Below, one piece after another: positions 1-10,753 of a stretch of DNA of 64,000 nucleotides. The notes beneath the pieces were generated by a model. That model saw only the letters and a list, made by a program, of their open reading frames with translations. It searched no databases and was not told the origin of the DNA. Source of the DNA: Candidatus Aenigmatarchaeota archaeon (GTDB taxonomy: Archaea > Aenigmatarchaeota > Aenigmatarchaeia > PWEA01 > JACQIF01); contig CP066684.1 in the NCBI GenBank assembly GCA_016432325.1, positions 608,001-672,000 of the forward strand. The letters are read 5' to 3'. Both the position numbers and the translations under genes were made by a program. The stretch's first letter is position 1. Every line of letters begins with the position of its first letter.

Positions 1-1
1 C

Positions 2-649
2 CTGTCGTGGGCCGCGTCCGCGTTCTCGGCCGCCGCGTACGCAAGCCTCACGCAGCAGTTCGCGCACCACAAGAAACCTTCGGTCTCGGATGCTTTCTAT
101 ACAGGGAAGCGGCTCGTCTTGCCGATGATGTGGCTGCAGTTCCTGACAGGCTTGGTGGTCGCTCTGCCTATCATTGTCGCTCTCGCCGTAAGCCTCTTGG
201 TCATTGGAGGCGCCGGCGCGGCAACCGCCGGGTCCGGTTCCATAACGGCGCTTATCGCAGGAATGGGTCTCTTCGCGTCCTTGCTAATCGTCGCGTTCGC
301 TGTCACGTTCTACCTGTCAATCAAGACGTGGCTCGCGCCTGTTGCGCTCGTCGTCGAGAACAGGCGCGGGTTCGACGCGGTGAAACGCAGCTTCGAGCTT
401 ACAAAAGGCAAGTTCTGGCACATCCTGCTCGTGCTGATCGTCATGGGGGTTGTCAATAACGTCGTATTCCAGATTGCCGCTTCCGTGTTCCAGGTGATGG
501 TTCTCGGCTCTTTGACAGCGGCGCTCGCCGTCTATTTCTCATTCGTCCTGCTCGTCATGCTGCCGTTCGGAATGTGGGCAATGACCGCTCCTGCCGCGCT
601 GTACTTCGAGTACGGCCTCGGCAAGACGCCGACGAAGGTCAGGAAGTGA
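2..649 (+). CDS. Polytopic membrane protein, 5'-truncated by the window edge
   Basis: Frame is open from base 2 and contains several hydrophobic helices. Confidence 0.75.
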   Translation: MSWAASAFSAAAYASLTQQFAHHKKPSVSDAFYTGKRLVLPMMWLQFLTGLVVALPIIVALAVSLLVIGGAGAATAGSGSITALIAGMGLFASLLIVAFAVTFYLSIKTWLAPVALVVENRRGFDAVKRSFELTKGKFWHILLVLIVMGVVNNVVFQIAASVFQVMVLGSLTAALAVYFSFVLLVMLPFGMWAMTAPAALYFEYGLGKTPTKVRK

Positions 650-661
650 GTTCGCGCGTTC

Positions 662-2125
662 CTAAACCAATATTTCGCCCAGCTTCTCCGCCAGCGCGTC
701 CACAGGGACGCGCTCCTGCTTGCCTGTATCGCGGTCTCTTATCGTAACGGTCTTCTTCTCAAGGGTCTCGTGGTCCACTGTTATGCAGAAGGGCGTGCCT
801 GACTCGTCTTGTCGTGCATAACGGCGGCCGATCGAGCCCGAATCGTCGTAGAATATGCGGAACCGTTTTGAAAGCCTCTTGAACAGCACCCAAGCTTCCT
901 TGTCAAGACCGTCCTTGTTCACCAGCGGGAATATCGCCGCGTCGTACGGGGCGACGCGCTTCGGCAGTGCGAGAATCGTCCGGCCATCGCGTTCTGCGTA
1001 CGCGAGCTCGAGCAGCATATACAGGTTGCGGTCAACGCCGAACGTAATCTCAATCACGTGCGGCACGAAACGCCTGTTGTCATAAAACACTTCCTGATCC
1101 TTCCCGCTCGTGCGCGCGTGGCCCTTCAGGTCGTGGTCCGTGCGGTAGTGGACGGCTCCGACCTCGGAAAAACCTCCGAAGGACGCGACGTCCACTTCCG
1201 CGTCCCAGTGGAACTTGTTATAGAAGGCGCGCTCCTCTGCCGCGAGTTCGTAGAAACGGAACTTCTCCGGCGGTACGCCAAGCACATCAAGATAGAATTT
1301 CTGCAGCTGTGCCATGCAATGGAGATAGAGTTTCGGTATGGCGTGCTTCTCGTTGGCCTGCGCGCACGTGACGTCCTTGACGTGCGCACGGTCGCTCGCG
1401 AACAGAAGACGCAGCTTGTATGTTTTTATCGAGTCCCAGTCTTCGTGCGTGTCGAGCGCCGTGGGGTCGAAGAATATCTGAAGCTCGGCCTGCGTGAACT
1501 CGCGCATCCTGTAGACGCCTTGGCGCGGCGAAATCTCGTTGCGGAACGCGCGGCCCACGACCGCCAGCCCGAGCGGAAGCTTCTTGCGCGTAATCTCGAA
1601 AGTGCGCGCAAAGTTCACGTAAGGAACCTGAGCCGTCTCGGGCCGAAGGAAAGCGCGCGTCTTGGTCTGCACGCCCACTGTCACAGGAAACATGAGGTTC
1701 AGGCGCGCGGCGTTCGCGAACGGGCCGCCGCACTTCGGGCATTTCATCTTGTGCTTCGCTATCAGCGCGTCATACTCGCGCTCGCTCAGCCCTTCAAACT
1801 TTTCTTTAAGATGCTCCTGCAGAAGATGGTCCGCGCGCTCGGACGAGTCGCACTTCTTGCACGTCACCACAGGATCATCGAAGTGTTCCAGGTGCCCAGA
1901 CGCGCGGAACACGTCCTCGGGCATTATCTCGGCGCCTGAAATCTCGTGGAAGTTCTGGTGGAGACCCAGGAAGTAGTCGAGCCACGCGCTCTCGAGCCTG
2001 CGTTTCATGGAGGCGCCCAGAACGCCGTAGTCATAGAACCCGGCCAAGCCGCCGTAAAGCTCCGAGGACTGGACCACGAAACCTCTTCGCGTTGCGAGTT
2101 CCATCACCTTGTCTGGCGCGCCCAT
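662..2125 (-). CDS. glyS: Glycyl-tRNA synthetase (alpha2 type)
   Basis: LRPETAQ, FRNEISPR, REFTQAE and GSIGRRYARQDE motifs. Confidence 0.97.
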   Translation of the reverse strand: MGAPDKVMELATRRGFVVQSSELYGGLAGFYDYGVLGASMKRRLESAWLDYFLGLHQNFHEISGAEIMPEDVFRASGHLEHFDDPVVTCKKCDSSERADHLLQEHLKEKFEGLSEREYDALIAKHKMKCPKCGGPFANAARLNLMFPVTVGVQTKTRAFLRPETAQVPYVNFARTFEITRKKLPLGLAVVGRAFRNEISPRQGVYRMREFTQAELQIFFDPTALDTHEDWDSIKTYKLRLLFASDRAHVKDVTCAQANEKHAIPKLYLHCMAQLQKFYLDVLGVPPEKFRFYELAAEERAFYNKFHWDAEVDVASFGGFSEVGAVHYRTDHDLKGHARTSGKDQEVFYDNRRFVPHVIEITFGVDRNLYMLLELAYAERDGRTILALPKRVAPYDAAIFPLVNKDGLDKEAWVLFKRLSKRFRIFYDDSGSIGRRYARQDESGTPFCITVDHETLEKKTVTIRDRDTGKQERVPVDALAEKLGEILV

Positions 2126-2195
2126 GGTATCGGCCCTGAATGAAACTGGTATGCTTATATTGGTTATCCGGAACGGACTGATAGGGGCATTACAG

Positions 2196-2879
2196 ATGAT
2201 ATCCGTGGTAATACCGGCGTATAATGAGGAATCCTACATAGAGCATACCCTACGCAGCCTTCACGGCCAGGGCGTCGAATATGAGTCTATTGTGGTCGAC
2301 GGAGGCTCGACAGACAGGACCGTGCAGATAGCCAGGAAATATGCGGACAGAACCCTCGTCGTGAAGAAGGGGGGTGTTTCGGCGGCTCGCAACGCAGGCG
2401 CGTCTGCGGCCAAAGGCGACATCATACTGTTTCTTGACGCAGACACACGAATGGACAAAGGCTCGCTTACAACGATACGGAACGCGTTTAGCGACGGCGT
2501 CGTAGGCGTCTGCGCGAACGTCCGTTCGGACGGCCCGCTCCACGCGAAGGTCGTTTACAAGATTACGTCCGCCGTGGCCTGCGTAACGTCCCTGCTGCGC
2601 ATTCCGCTGTTCTACGGCATGTGCATGGCTTGGCGGCGCGATGCCTTCAGGCGCGCGGGCGGCTTCGACGAGGCGACGCGCGTGGGCGAGGACATGAAAC
2701 TGACGCTCGCGCTGCACAACAAAGGCCGCTGCAAATGGTTGCGCCGTGCTACCGTGGTCACGTCCTCACGAAGGCTGAGAGGAAAGTTCCTGTTCATATC
2801 GCCGTACATGCACTTTAAGAACTTCTTCAAACTCGTGTTATTCGGGCGCACGGACAAAGACTATCCGGTGATACGATGA
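2196..2879 (+). CDS. Glycosyltransferase family 2
   Basis: ISVVIPAYNEE, VDGGSTD and FLDAD motifs; start moved to the ATG at 2196. Confidence 0.92.
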   Translation: MISVVIPAYNEESYIEHTLRSLHGQGVEYESIVVDGGSTDRTVQIARKYADRTLVVKKGGVSAARNAGASAAKGDIILFLDADTRMDKGSLTTIRNAFSDGVVGVCANVRSDGPLHAKVVYKITSAVACVTSLLRIPLFYGMCMAWRRDAFRRAGGFDEATRVGEDMKLTLALHNKGRCKWLRRATVVTSSRRLRGKFLFISPYMHFKNFFKLVLFGRTDKDYPVIR

Positions 2880-3853
2880 TACGAGTGTTTCACTACCTCG
2901 AACTGGAAAGGAAGCTTCTCACAAGCGGCGGCATAGGCGTCGCGACGCAGAACCAGAGGAAGGCGATGACTCTTGCAGGCATCACGGCCGTAGGCAAAGG
3001 CGAAGCTCACGACGTCGTACACCTCTGCACAGTCGGTCCCAAATCCTTCGCATACGCAAAGCTCGCGAAGCACAAAGGCACCCCTCTCGTGATGAGCACG
3101 CACACGACGGCCGAAGACTTCAAGGGCAGTTTCGCGATGAGCGACACCGCAGCGCCCTCCCTGAGAAAATACCTGAAGACATTCTATTCCATGGCCGACG
3201 TCCTTATCGCGCCCACGCAATATACGGCGGACCTGATACGCTCGTACGGCCTGACGAACAGAATAGAGGTCGTGAGCAACGGCATCGACATGTCTCTTTT
3301 CACCGGCCTCAAGCAGAGGCGCGAGGATTACAGAAAGAAGTACGGCCTTGAGGGAACTGTCGTCTACTCGGTGGGTCACGTATTCCTCAAAAAAGGGCTC
3401 GAGACGTTCGTGAACGTCGCGCGCACTTCGGACGTACCGTTCGTCTGGTTCGGCAGGGTCTACAACGGCGCGCATTCTGCGAAGACTGACGACGTTCTGA
3501 AGAGCGCTCCGCCCAACGTGCGCTTCACCGGATGGGTCGAGGACGCGATAGCGTGCCACGCCGCCGGCGACGTCTTCCTCTTCCCGACGCACAATGAGAA
3601 CCAGGGAATCGTGCTTCTGGAAGCCGCGGCCTGCGGTCGCGCCGCTGTCGTACGGGACATACCCGTGTTCAATGGCTGGAAGTCCTGCATCAGGGCCGAC
3701 GACGACCAAACGTTCGCAAAACAGGTGGCGGCGCTAGTCAAAGACGCGTCCAAACGCTCGCGCCGCGGAGCCGCAATGAAGCGCGAGGTGCGCGCGCACT
3801 CTCTTGAAAGCGTCGGCAAGAAATTGGCGGCGATATACGAGAGTCTTGTTTAG
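2876..3853 (+). CDS. Glycosyltransferase family 4 (glycolipid synthase-like)
   Basis: HTTAEDF, VVSNGID and ENQGIVLLEA motifs. Confidence 0.9.
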   Translation: MIRVFHYLELERKLLTSGGIGVATQNQRKAMTLAGITAVGKGEAHDVVHLCTVGPKSFAYAKLAKHKGTPLVMSTHTTAEDFKGSFAMSDTAAPSLRKYLKTFYSMADVLIAPTQYTADLIRSYGLTNRIEVVSNGIDMSLFTGLKQRREDYRKKYGLEGTVVYSVGHVFLKKGLETFVNVARTSDVPFVWFGRVYNGAHSAKTDDVLKSAPPNVRFTGWVEDAIACHAAGDVFLFPTHNENQGIVLLEAAACGRAAVVRDIPVFNGWKSCIRADDDQTFAKQVAALVKDASKRSRRGAAMKREVRAHSLESVGKKLAAIYESLV

Positions 3854-3882
3854 GCGCTTCCGTAAGGATGGTGAAGAGATTC

Positions 3883-5046
3883 ATGAAAATCGGAATGTTC
3901 ACGGATACATATCACCCGCAGATAAACGGAGTCGTTACGACCATCGACGCGTGGAAAAAGGAGCTCGAAAAACGCGGCCACGAGGTCGTGGTGGTCTATC
4001 CAGGGCCGTTGGGCAATAAAAAAGACGGCATCGCTGTTCCTTCCGTTCACGTTCCGTTCTACGGCGGCTACTATGCGGGCGTTCCGTACGGCCGCATACA
4101 CGCGGAGCTGCGCTCGCTGGACGTCGTTCACACGCACAGTCCGTTCGCCTTGGGCGCTTACGGCGCGTACGTTGCGTCGAAATTTCGTCTGCCTCGAATA
4201 GCAACGCATAATACTCCTATCGAAGAGTACGTGCACTACATGATTTCGCGCGACGCGTTCCACGACGTCGCCGTTCGCATGTATCTCGCATGGCAGCGGC
4301 GCTATATGGCTCTCGCCGATACTGTCACGGCGCCGACGCAGGAAGCGGCTCACGATCTTCAAAGAAAGATAGGCAGGCGCGTGGTCGTGATGTCGAACGG
4401 TATCGATACCGAACGATTCAAGCGCGTCAGCGCTGAACGCTTCAAACGCAAGCACGGTCTGTCCGGGCCGCTGGTGGGTTTCGCAGGCCGACACTCCGCA
4501 GAGAAGAGGCTCGAAGACCTCATAGCCGCCGCGGATGAGATAGATGCGACCGTCGTCATAACAGGCGACGGACCCATGCGTCGCACGTACGAACGGATGG
4601 CCAAGGGCAAGAACGTAGTATTTACAGGATTCCTTCCGGACGAAGAGATGCCCGGCTTCTACTCGGCTCTTGAGACGCTCGTTCTTCCCTCTGTCGCCGA
4701 GACGCAAGGACTGGTCGTTCTGGAAGCGAACGCATGCGGCACGCCTGTCGTGGGCGCCAGAGCCGCCGCGTTGAGGAACACGATAAAGCCCAGAGTGAAC
4801 GGCTTTTTGTACGAACCGGGTGATGTCGGAACCCTGGCGAAGCTCGTGGCAAAAGCGATGGAAGGAAAGGCGCGTATGGCCTCGCGTTGTGTGAAAGAGG
4901 CCGAAAGCCACTCCGTAAAACGAACCGCGGACAATCTGGAGGAGATATACGAGCGTGCGCGCTACAAGGAAGGCAAGTTCAACCACTCCTATCTGTACGA
5001 GCCTTTCCGCGTCTTTTCCTACGGAATGTACAGGCTTTTGGGTTGA
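3883..5046 (+). CDS. Glycosyltransferase family 4 (monoglucosyl-diglyceride synthase-like)
   Basis: MKIGMFTDTYHPQINGV, HTHSPF and ETQGLVVLEA motifs. Confidence 0.9.
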   Translation: MKIGMFTDTYHPQINGVVTTIDAWKKELEKRGHEVVVVYPGPLGNKKDGIAVPSVHVPFYGGYYAGVPYGRIHAELRSLDVVHTHSPFALGAYGAYVASKFRLPRIATHNTPIEEYVHYMISRDAFHDVAVRMYLAWQRRYMALADTVTAPTQEAAHDLQRKIGRRVVVMSNGIDTERFKRVSAERFKRKHGLSGPLVGFAGRHSAEKRLEDLIAAADEIDATVVITGDGPMRRTYERMAKGKNVVFTGFLPDEEMPGFYSALETLVLPSVAETQGLVVLEANACGTPVVGARAAALRNTIKPRVNGFLYEPGDVGTLAKLVAKAMEGKARMASRCVKEAESHSVKRTADNLEEIYERARYKEGKFNHSYLYEPFRVFSYGMYRLLG

Positions 5047-5090
5047 ACGCTTTTATACGCTCGGGAACAATTAGCCGCGAAGGATGAACC

Positions 5091-6341
5091 ATGTACCGTT
5101 TGACAGCAGAAGGCAAGAAGTATCTTGACAAAGGCCTCCCTGAGATTAATCTCGTTCTCTACGTCCGCGAGAAAGGGCCCACGAACATCAAGCACATACA
5201 GAAGGAACTCGATGAGGCGTCTGTGGCAGTCAACTGGGCCCTGCGCAACAAGTGGATTGAGATGCGCGGGGGCGACGTGCACGTCGTGCAGACGCCGCAG
5301 AAGTACGATGTGGAGGACGCGCTAAAACTGGTCGAAAAGGGACGTGCGCCGTCCGACGGCCTCTTGCCAACGCTTCTCAAGCGCAGGCTCGTCGAGGAGG
5401 TCCGCGAAACGCTCGAGCACCGCGCGCAGAAGATGGTCGGCAGCGATATCGGCACGCTCACGGAAGACCTAATCAAGACAGGCGCGTGGAAACAGGTCAA
5501 GCTCAAGCCGTACAACGTCGAAGCGGTTGGAAAGCAGATATATCCGGGCAAGCGCCAGCCTTACTTCGCGTTTCTCGCGCAAATCAAGCGCAAGCTTGTC
5601 GAGCTCGGCTTCAAGGAGTACCGCGGCCCTTCCGTGGAACTCGAGTTCTGGAACTTCGATGCGTTATACCAGCCGCAGGGCCATCCGGCGCGCGACTGGA
5701 CTCAAACATATTCAATGAAAACTCCGCAAGGCGGCCGCCTGCCTGACAGGAAGGTCGTGAACGCGGTCAAGGCCGCACACGAACGCGGCGGCGACACTGG
5801 TTCGACAGGCTGGGGTTACTCGTGGAGCGAGGAGCGCGCCGCCCGATTGATGCCAAGGGCGCACGACACGGCCATAACGCCGCGCCTTCTCGTCAGCGGA
5901 ATCGAAATTCCCGGAAAGTACTTCAACATCTCGCGCTGCTACAGACCGGACATCATCGACGCCACGCATGCAGTCGAGTTTGACCAGATGGGAGGGATAG
6001 TCGTCGACCGCAACGTCACACTGCGCCACCTGCTCGGCGTATTGAAAGAGTTCGCCACCGAAGTCACGGGCGTCAAGAAAGTAAAGTTCGTGCCATCGTA
6101 CTTCCCATTCACTGAACCGAGCGTCGAGGCGTTCGGCTATCACGAAGAGCTGGGCTGGATAGAAGTCGGAGGCGCGGGAATATTCCGTCCAGAACTGACG
6201 CAACCCCTCGGCATCAAGGAACCGGTCATCGCGTGGGGCATGGGAATCGGACGGCTCGCGATGCTCACGTACGGAATAAAAGATATCAGATATCTGTTTG
6301 CGCAAGATTTGGCGTGGCTAAGAAAAACTCCTGTAAGGTGA
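5091..6341 (+). CDS. pheS: Phenylalanyl-tRNA synthetase alpha subunit (archaeal type)
   Basis: FWNFDALYQPQGHPARD, YFPFTEPS and AWGMGIGRLAM motifs. Confidence 0.97.
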   Translation: MYRLTAEGKKYLDKGLPEINLVLYVREKGPTNIKHIQKELDEASVAVNWALRNKWIEMRGGDVHVVQTPQKYDVEDALKLVEKGRAPSDGLLPTLLKRRLVEEVRETLEHRAQKMVGSDIGTLTEDLIKTGAWKQVKLKPYNVEAVGKQIYPGKRQPYFAFLAQIKRKLVELGFKEYRGPSVELEFWNFDALYQPQGHPARDWTQTYSMKTPQGGRLPDRKVVNAVKAAHERGGDTGSTGWGYSWSEERAARLMPRAHDTAITPRLLVSGIEIPGKYFNISRCYRPDIIDATHAVEFDQMGGIVVDRNVTLRHLLGVLKEFATEVTGVKKVKFVPSYFPFTEPSVEAFGYHEELGWIEVGGAGIFRPELTQPLGIKEPVIAWGMGIGRLAMLTYGIKDIRYLFAQDLAWLRKTPVR

Positions 6342-6345
6342 TTTT

Positions 6346-8022
6346 GTGCCGACCATAGAAGTTTCATACAACGACCTGTGCAAGCTTGTGGGAAAGAAGA
6401 TTCCTCTCGAAGAGCTGAAGGAACGCTCGCTTTGGCAGGCGAAAGCCGAGTTTGAGAATGCGACCAAACAGGGAAATTATCTGCGCATGACTCTGAAGCC
6501 CGCGGACACGAACCGCCCGGACCTGTGGAGCGCCGAGGGGATTGCGCGCGTGCTTCGCGCGTACTATGGCAAGGGAGGCCTGCCCCAGTACAAGATGAAA
6601 CGGTCTGGGATCACAGTGAAGGCCGACGTGAAGGTCAAGCGCGTGCGCCCTTACACCGTTTGCGCTGTTGTGCGCGGCCTCAAGATAACGGAAGAGGTTC
6701 TTTTGCAGTCGATACAACTGCAGGAAAAGGTCGCGGGGACATTCGGCCGTGGAAGGCGTGACGTGGCGATAGGAATATACGACCTCTCGCGCATCAAGCC
6801 GCCAATCTATTACACCGCGGCCAAGCCCGATGAACTCGCATTCGTTCCTCTGGAGTTCAAGCAGAAACTGACCCTGCGCGAAATTCTCAAGCAACATCCG
6901 AAGGGGAAGGAGTTCGGGCATCTGCTTGCGGACGCGGAAGAGTATCCCGTATTCATCGACTCGGACGAGAACGTGCTCTCGATGCCTCCCATTGTGAACT
7001 CGGACTTCACAGGCAAGGTCACCACGCAGACAAGGGATGTCTTCATCGAATGTTCGGGTTTCGACATGAAGAGGCTCAAGACTGCTCTCAATATCGTCGC
7101 GCTCGCCCTCGCAGACCGGGGCGGCCGTCTGGAGACCGTCGACGTCTTCATAGAAGGCAAGAAGTTCACGACGCCTGACCTGACTCCGAAACAGATCGAG
7201 GTGGACGTAGCGTACGCCCGCTCGCTCTCGGGTCTCGATTTGAATGCGAAGGAGTTCGCCGCGCTCCTGAAGAAACAGCTCTATGACGTGACGGTCAAGG
7301 GCGCCAAGCTCGCCGTCTCGTATCCGTCCTTCAGACAGGATATCATGCACCCGTGCGACGTCGTCGAAGATGCGATAATCGCCTACGGTTATGAGAATCT
7401 TTCTCCGATTGTTGTGCCTGCAACGACGAAAGGCTCTCTGCATCCGACAGAAGCGTTCACGAGCCGCCTCGAAGAGATTCTTGTCGGATTGGGACTCCAG
7501 CAAGTTGCCTCATACACGCTCACCAACAAGCGCTTCCTCTTCGAGCGCATGAACGTCGGCCATGCGCCTGTCGCTGAGATTGCGAACCCTCAATCCGAGA
7601 ACTGGTCATGCTTCCGCAACTCGCTGCTTCCAAGCATTCTCGAGTTCCTTGCCGCGAACCGCCATGTCGAATATCCGCATGAAGTGTTCGAGATAGGCGA
7701 CTGCGTTCTTCTGAACGAAAGTACTGACACAAAGACGCGCGACGTGCGCAAGCTCGCGGTCGCGCTAACGGACGTGACGATCGCGTACGAACGCATCGCC
7801 TCGATGCTCGACGCGCTCATGCGCAACCTCGGGCTGGCGTACGTTTTGAAGCGCTCGCAACACAATTCGTTCACGCCCGACCGCGTCGCGGAGGTCGTCG
7901 TCAACGGCCACAGCCTCGGCTACATCGGCGAAATACATCCGCAGGTCCTGAACAACTGGGGGTTGGAGAAACCGGTGGTTGCGTTCGAGATAGACGTAGA
8001 CAGGCTCTCTGCCAACACCTAG
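6346..8022 (+). CDS. pheT: Phenylalanyl-tRNA synthetase beta subunit (archaeal type)
   Basis: MPTIEV start, NRPDLWSAEG, SMPPIVNS and GEIHP motifs; follows pheS. Confidence 0.96.
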   Translation: MPTIEVSYNDLCKLVGKKIPLEELKERSLWQAKAEFENATKQGNYLRMTLKPADTNRPDLWSAEGIARVLRAYYGKGGLPQYKMKRSGITVKADVKVKRVRPYTVCAVVRGLKITEEVLLQSIQLQEKVAGTFGRGRRDVAIGIYDLSRIKPPIYYTAAKPDELAFVPLEFKQKLTLREILKQHPKGKEFGHLLADAEEYPVFIDSDENVLSMPPIVNSDFTGKVTTQTRDVFIECSGFDMKRLKTALNIVALALADRGGRLETVDVFIEGKKFTTPDLTPKQIEVDVAYARSLSGLDLNAKEFAALLKKQLYDVTVKGAKLAVSYPSFRQDIMHPCDVVEDAIIAYGYENLSPIVVPATTKGSLHPTEAFTSRLEEILVGLGLQQVASYTLTNKRFLFERMNVGHAPVAEIANPQSENWSCFRNSLLPSILEFLAANRHVEYPHEVFEIGDCVLLNESTDTKTRDVRKLAVALTDVTIAYERIASMLDALMRNLGLAYVLKRSQHNSFTPDRVAEVVVNGHSLGYIGEIHPQVLNNWGLEKPVVAFEIDVDRLSANT

Positions 8023-9377
8023 ACAATGCTCGTTCTCGGAACCGTCGCGTCCTCTATTGCGTCCTCCACTGCCCACAGGGTGTGTTTCAGGTCCGCGGGC
8101 GCGTGCGAATAGCAAACGAACATCGGTTCTTCGTTGTCCTCGTCGACCATCACGCCGCGCCTCAGGAGTTCGTAGTGGAAACGCGCGTAGAGTTCCTGAT
8201 CCACGCGCTGCAGATCCCTGTATTCCGTAACGGACTCGTCGGTGAACATGAACTGGAACATCTGCGGGAAGCCCTGCACCTCGCATGATATGTCACGGTC
8301 CTTGAAGACGCGGCCGATGCCTTTCATGAGCTTGGAACCATACGCCTTTATCCTGTCGTGCACCGGGTGCTTCCTGAGAATGTTCAGGGTCGTTATCGCC
8401 GCAGTAAGCGATATCGGGTTTGCCGAATACGTGCCGCCGTGCGCCACTTTCATGGGCCCGACGACGCCCATCGTGTCGGCTTTGCCCGCTATGGCTGCAA
8501 CAGGGTAGCCGTTGCCCAGGGATTTCGAATATGTCGCCAAGTCAGGAGTAACCTTGAAGAGCTGTTGCGCGCCGCCGTGCGTTATGCGGAAGCCTGTCTT
8601 GACTTCGTCGAATATCAAAACAATGTTGTACTTGTCGCACAGCTCGCGCAGGTGTTTCAGGAATCCGGCGGCAGGCGGTATGACGGCCGCGTTGCCCATT
8701 ATCGGCTCCAGTATTATCGCGGCTAGTTCTTTGTGGTGTTCTCGCACGGCCGTCTCGACGCCGACAAAGTCATTCCAGCGTTCGACGAGCACAAGCTCCC
8801 GAATGGAGGAGGGTATCCCGTCAGACGCCTCTATGGGCTGTGCCGTGGGCTGCAGCTTTTCGAATGGAGTGTCCGTGCTGAACAGCACGTAATCATGCGC
8901 GCCGTGATAGTGGCCCTCGAACTTCAGAATCTTGTCCTTCTTGGTGAACGCGCGGGCGATGCGTATGGCAGTCATAGTGGCTTCTGTTCCAGAATTGGCG
9001 AAGCGAACCTGCTCTGCGCACGGCACGAGCTTGCACATCAGTTCGGCGAGCGTTATCTCCAGCTCGTTGGCCAGCGCATAGACCTCGCCTCTAAGCGAGG
9101 CCTTCATTACCGCGTCGTTGACAGGCTTGTACGCGTGTCCCAGAATGACGGGCCCGTATCCCAGGCGATAGTCGACGTACTCGTTGTTGTCGACGTCCCA
9201 GATATGCGAGCCGCGCGCGTGGTCTATGAATATGGAGCAGGGCATGTACGTCGGGCATACAGTGCGCCAGAGGCGAGCGTTGGACGAGACGCCGAAGGGT
9301 ATGTGTTCGAGCGCACGCTGGTAGAGAGCGTAAGAACGGTCGAAATCCAGCTTGCGCGCGCGTACGGGCAGGACCAT
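8019..9377 (-). CDS. Class III aminotransferase, glutamate-1-semialdehyde aminomutase-like
   Basis: GPVILGH, NSGTEATM, KFEGHYHG, FDEVKTGFR and GTYSANP motifs. Confidence 0.88.
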   Translation of the reverse strand: MVLPVRARKLDFDRSYALYQRALEHIPFGVSSNARLWRTVCPTYMPCSIFIDHARGSHIWDVDNNEYVDYRLGYGPVILGHAYKPVNDAVMKASLRGEVYALANELEITLAELMCKLVPCAEQVRFANSGTEATMTAIRIARAFTKKDKILKFEGHYHGAHDYVLFSTDTPFEKLQPTAQPIEASDGIPSSIRELVLVERWNDFVGVETAVREHHKELAAIILEPIMGNAAVIPPAAGFLKHLRELCDKYNIVLIFDEVKTGFRITHGGAQQLFKVTPDLATYSKSLGNGYPVAAIAGKADTMGVVGPMKVAHGGTYSANPISLTAAITTLNILRKHPVHDRIKAYGSKLMKGIGRVFKDRDISCEVQGFPQMFQFMFTDESVTEYRDLQRVDQELYARFHYELLRRGVMVDEDNEEPMFVCYSHAPADLKHTLWAVEDAIEDATVPRTSIV

Positions 9378-9414
9378 AAGCAACGTTTAAGTTCAGCCGA
9401 TATATAATCTCTTC

Positions 9415-10731
9415 ATGGCCACGCGTTTCGTCTGCAAGCCTCCGGGGCCGCGCGCACGTGAATGGATAAAGCGAGATACACGTGTAGTCGGTCCGTCGTA
9501 TCCGCGCGAGTTCGACTTCGTTTTCGAGCGCGGCCGCGGCATGTACCTGTGGGACGTTGACGGTCGCAGGCATCTCGACTTCGCGGCCGGAATAGCGGTG
9601 AACAACATCGGCCACGACAATCCGGATGTCGTCCGCGCGGTCAAGGCGCAGCTGCGCAAAGGCATCCACGCGGGCTTTCTCGACATGTACGCGCGTCTGC
9701 CCGTGGAGTTCTGCGAAACGCTTCTGGAACACATGCCCGCTCCGTTGAACAAAGGCCGCGTCTTCCTGTCCAACTCGGGAACCGAATCCGTCGAGGCGGC
9801 ATACAAGATGGTCAAGTGGACGACGCACGCGCCGTACGTGCACTCGTTCGCAGGCGCATTCCACGGCAGGACCATGGGCGCTCTATCGCTGACGAACACC
9901 GCAAGCAAGGTTCAGAAAGAAGGGTTTGAACCGTTCCTGCCAGCGCGCCATTCGCCGTTCTGCAACCCCTATCGCGCGCCCTGCGGCGTCTCGCATGACT
10001 GTGTCAACGGATGCCTTCACCTCTTCGAGCGCGCGATAAAGGACGGGCAGGTCGGGGCCGTTTTTATGGAGCCTGTGCAGGGCGAAGGCGGTTACGTCGT
10101 TCCTCCGCGCGAGTTCGTCAAAGGCGTGCGCGAGGCGTGCAACAGGCACGGCGTCTATCTCGTTTCCGATGAGGTGCAGGCGGGCTGCTATCGCACAGGA
10201 AGGTTCTTGTCCATAGAGAACTTCGGCGTGCGCGCTGATGTCGCCTGCATTTCGAAGGCGATTGGAGGCGGCGTTCCTCTCGCCGCGACTGTGTCGATTC
10301 CAGAGCTTCAGCAATGGCATCCGGGCGCTCACGCGAACACGTTCGGCGGAAATCTTCTGGCGTGCGCCGCGGGGATTGCCGCATTGAAGTTCATGCGCCG
10401 CGAGCGGCTGGGCGAAAACGCCAAACGCATCGGCGCGTACATGCTCAAGCGCTTGGAGAAGATGAAGAATCGTTACGAAATAATAGGAGACGTGCGCGGC
10501 CTTGGCCTGATGATAGGCATCGAATTGGTCAAGGACAGGAAGACAAAGGAACCGGCAGTGGATGCGCGGCACGCGGTTCTGTGCGACGCAACAGGCAAGG
10601 GTCTCGTGCTGCTGCCCGCCGGTGAATCTACGATACGCATCTGCCCGCCATTGATAATCACGAAGAAGCAGGCTGACACGGGCTTGGATATTTTGGAGAG
10701 TTGTTTTGAGGATTTACGGGGCGCGCTATAA
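9415..10731 (+). CDS. Class III PLP aminotransferase (GABA/ornithine type)
   Basis: NSGTESVE, FHGRT, EPVQGEGG, DEVQAG and KAIGGG motifs. Confidence 0.92.
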   Translation: MATRFVCKPPGPRAREWIKRDTRVVGPSYPREFDFVFERGRGMYLWDVDGRRHLDFAAGIAVNNIGHDNPDVVRAVKAQLRKGIHAGFLDMYARLPVEFCETLLEHMPAPLNKGRVFLSNSGTESVEAAYKMVKWTTHAPYVHSFAGAFHGRTMGALSLTNTASKVQKEGFEPFLPARHSPFCNPYRAPCGVSHDCVNGCLHLFERAIKDGQVGAVFMEPVQGEGGYVVPPREFVKGVREACNRHGVYLVSDEVQAGCYRTGRFLSIENFGVRADVACISKAIGGGVPLAATVSIPELQQWHPGAHANTFGGNLLACAAGIAALKFMRRERLGENAKRIGAYMLKRLEKMKNRYEIIGDVRGLGLMIGIELVKDRKTKEPAVDARHAVLCDATGKGLVLLPAGESTIRICPPLIITKKQADTGLDILESCFEDLRGAL

Positions 10732-10753
10732 CAGGGAATGAATTTTTACTCAT

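Noticed and set aside
6364-7503. Long antisense ORFs (for example 6364-7503, 3850-4986 and 23903-24931)
   Set aside because: These are shadow frames of well-supported genes in GC-rich DNA.
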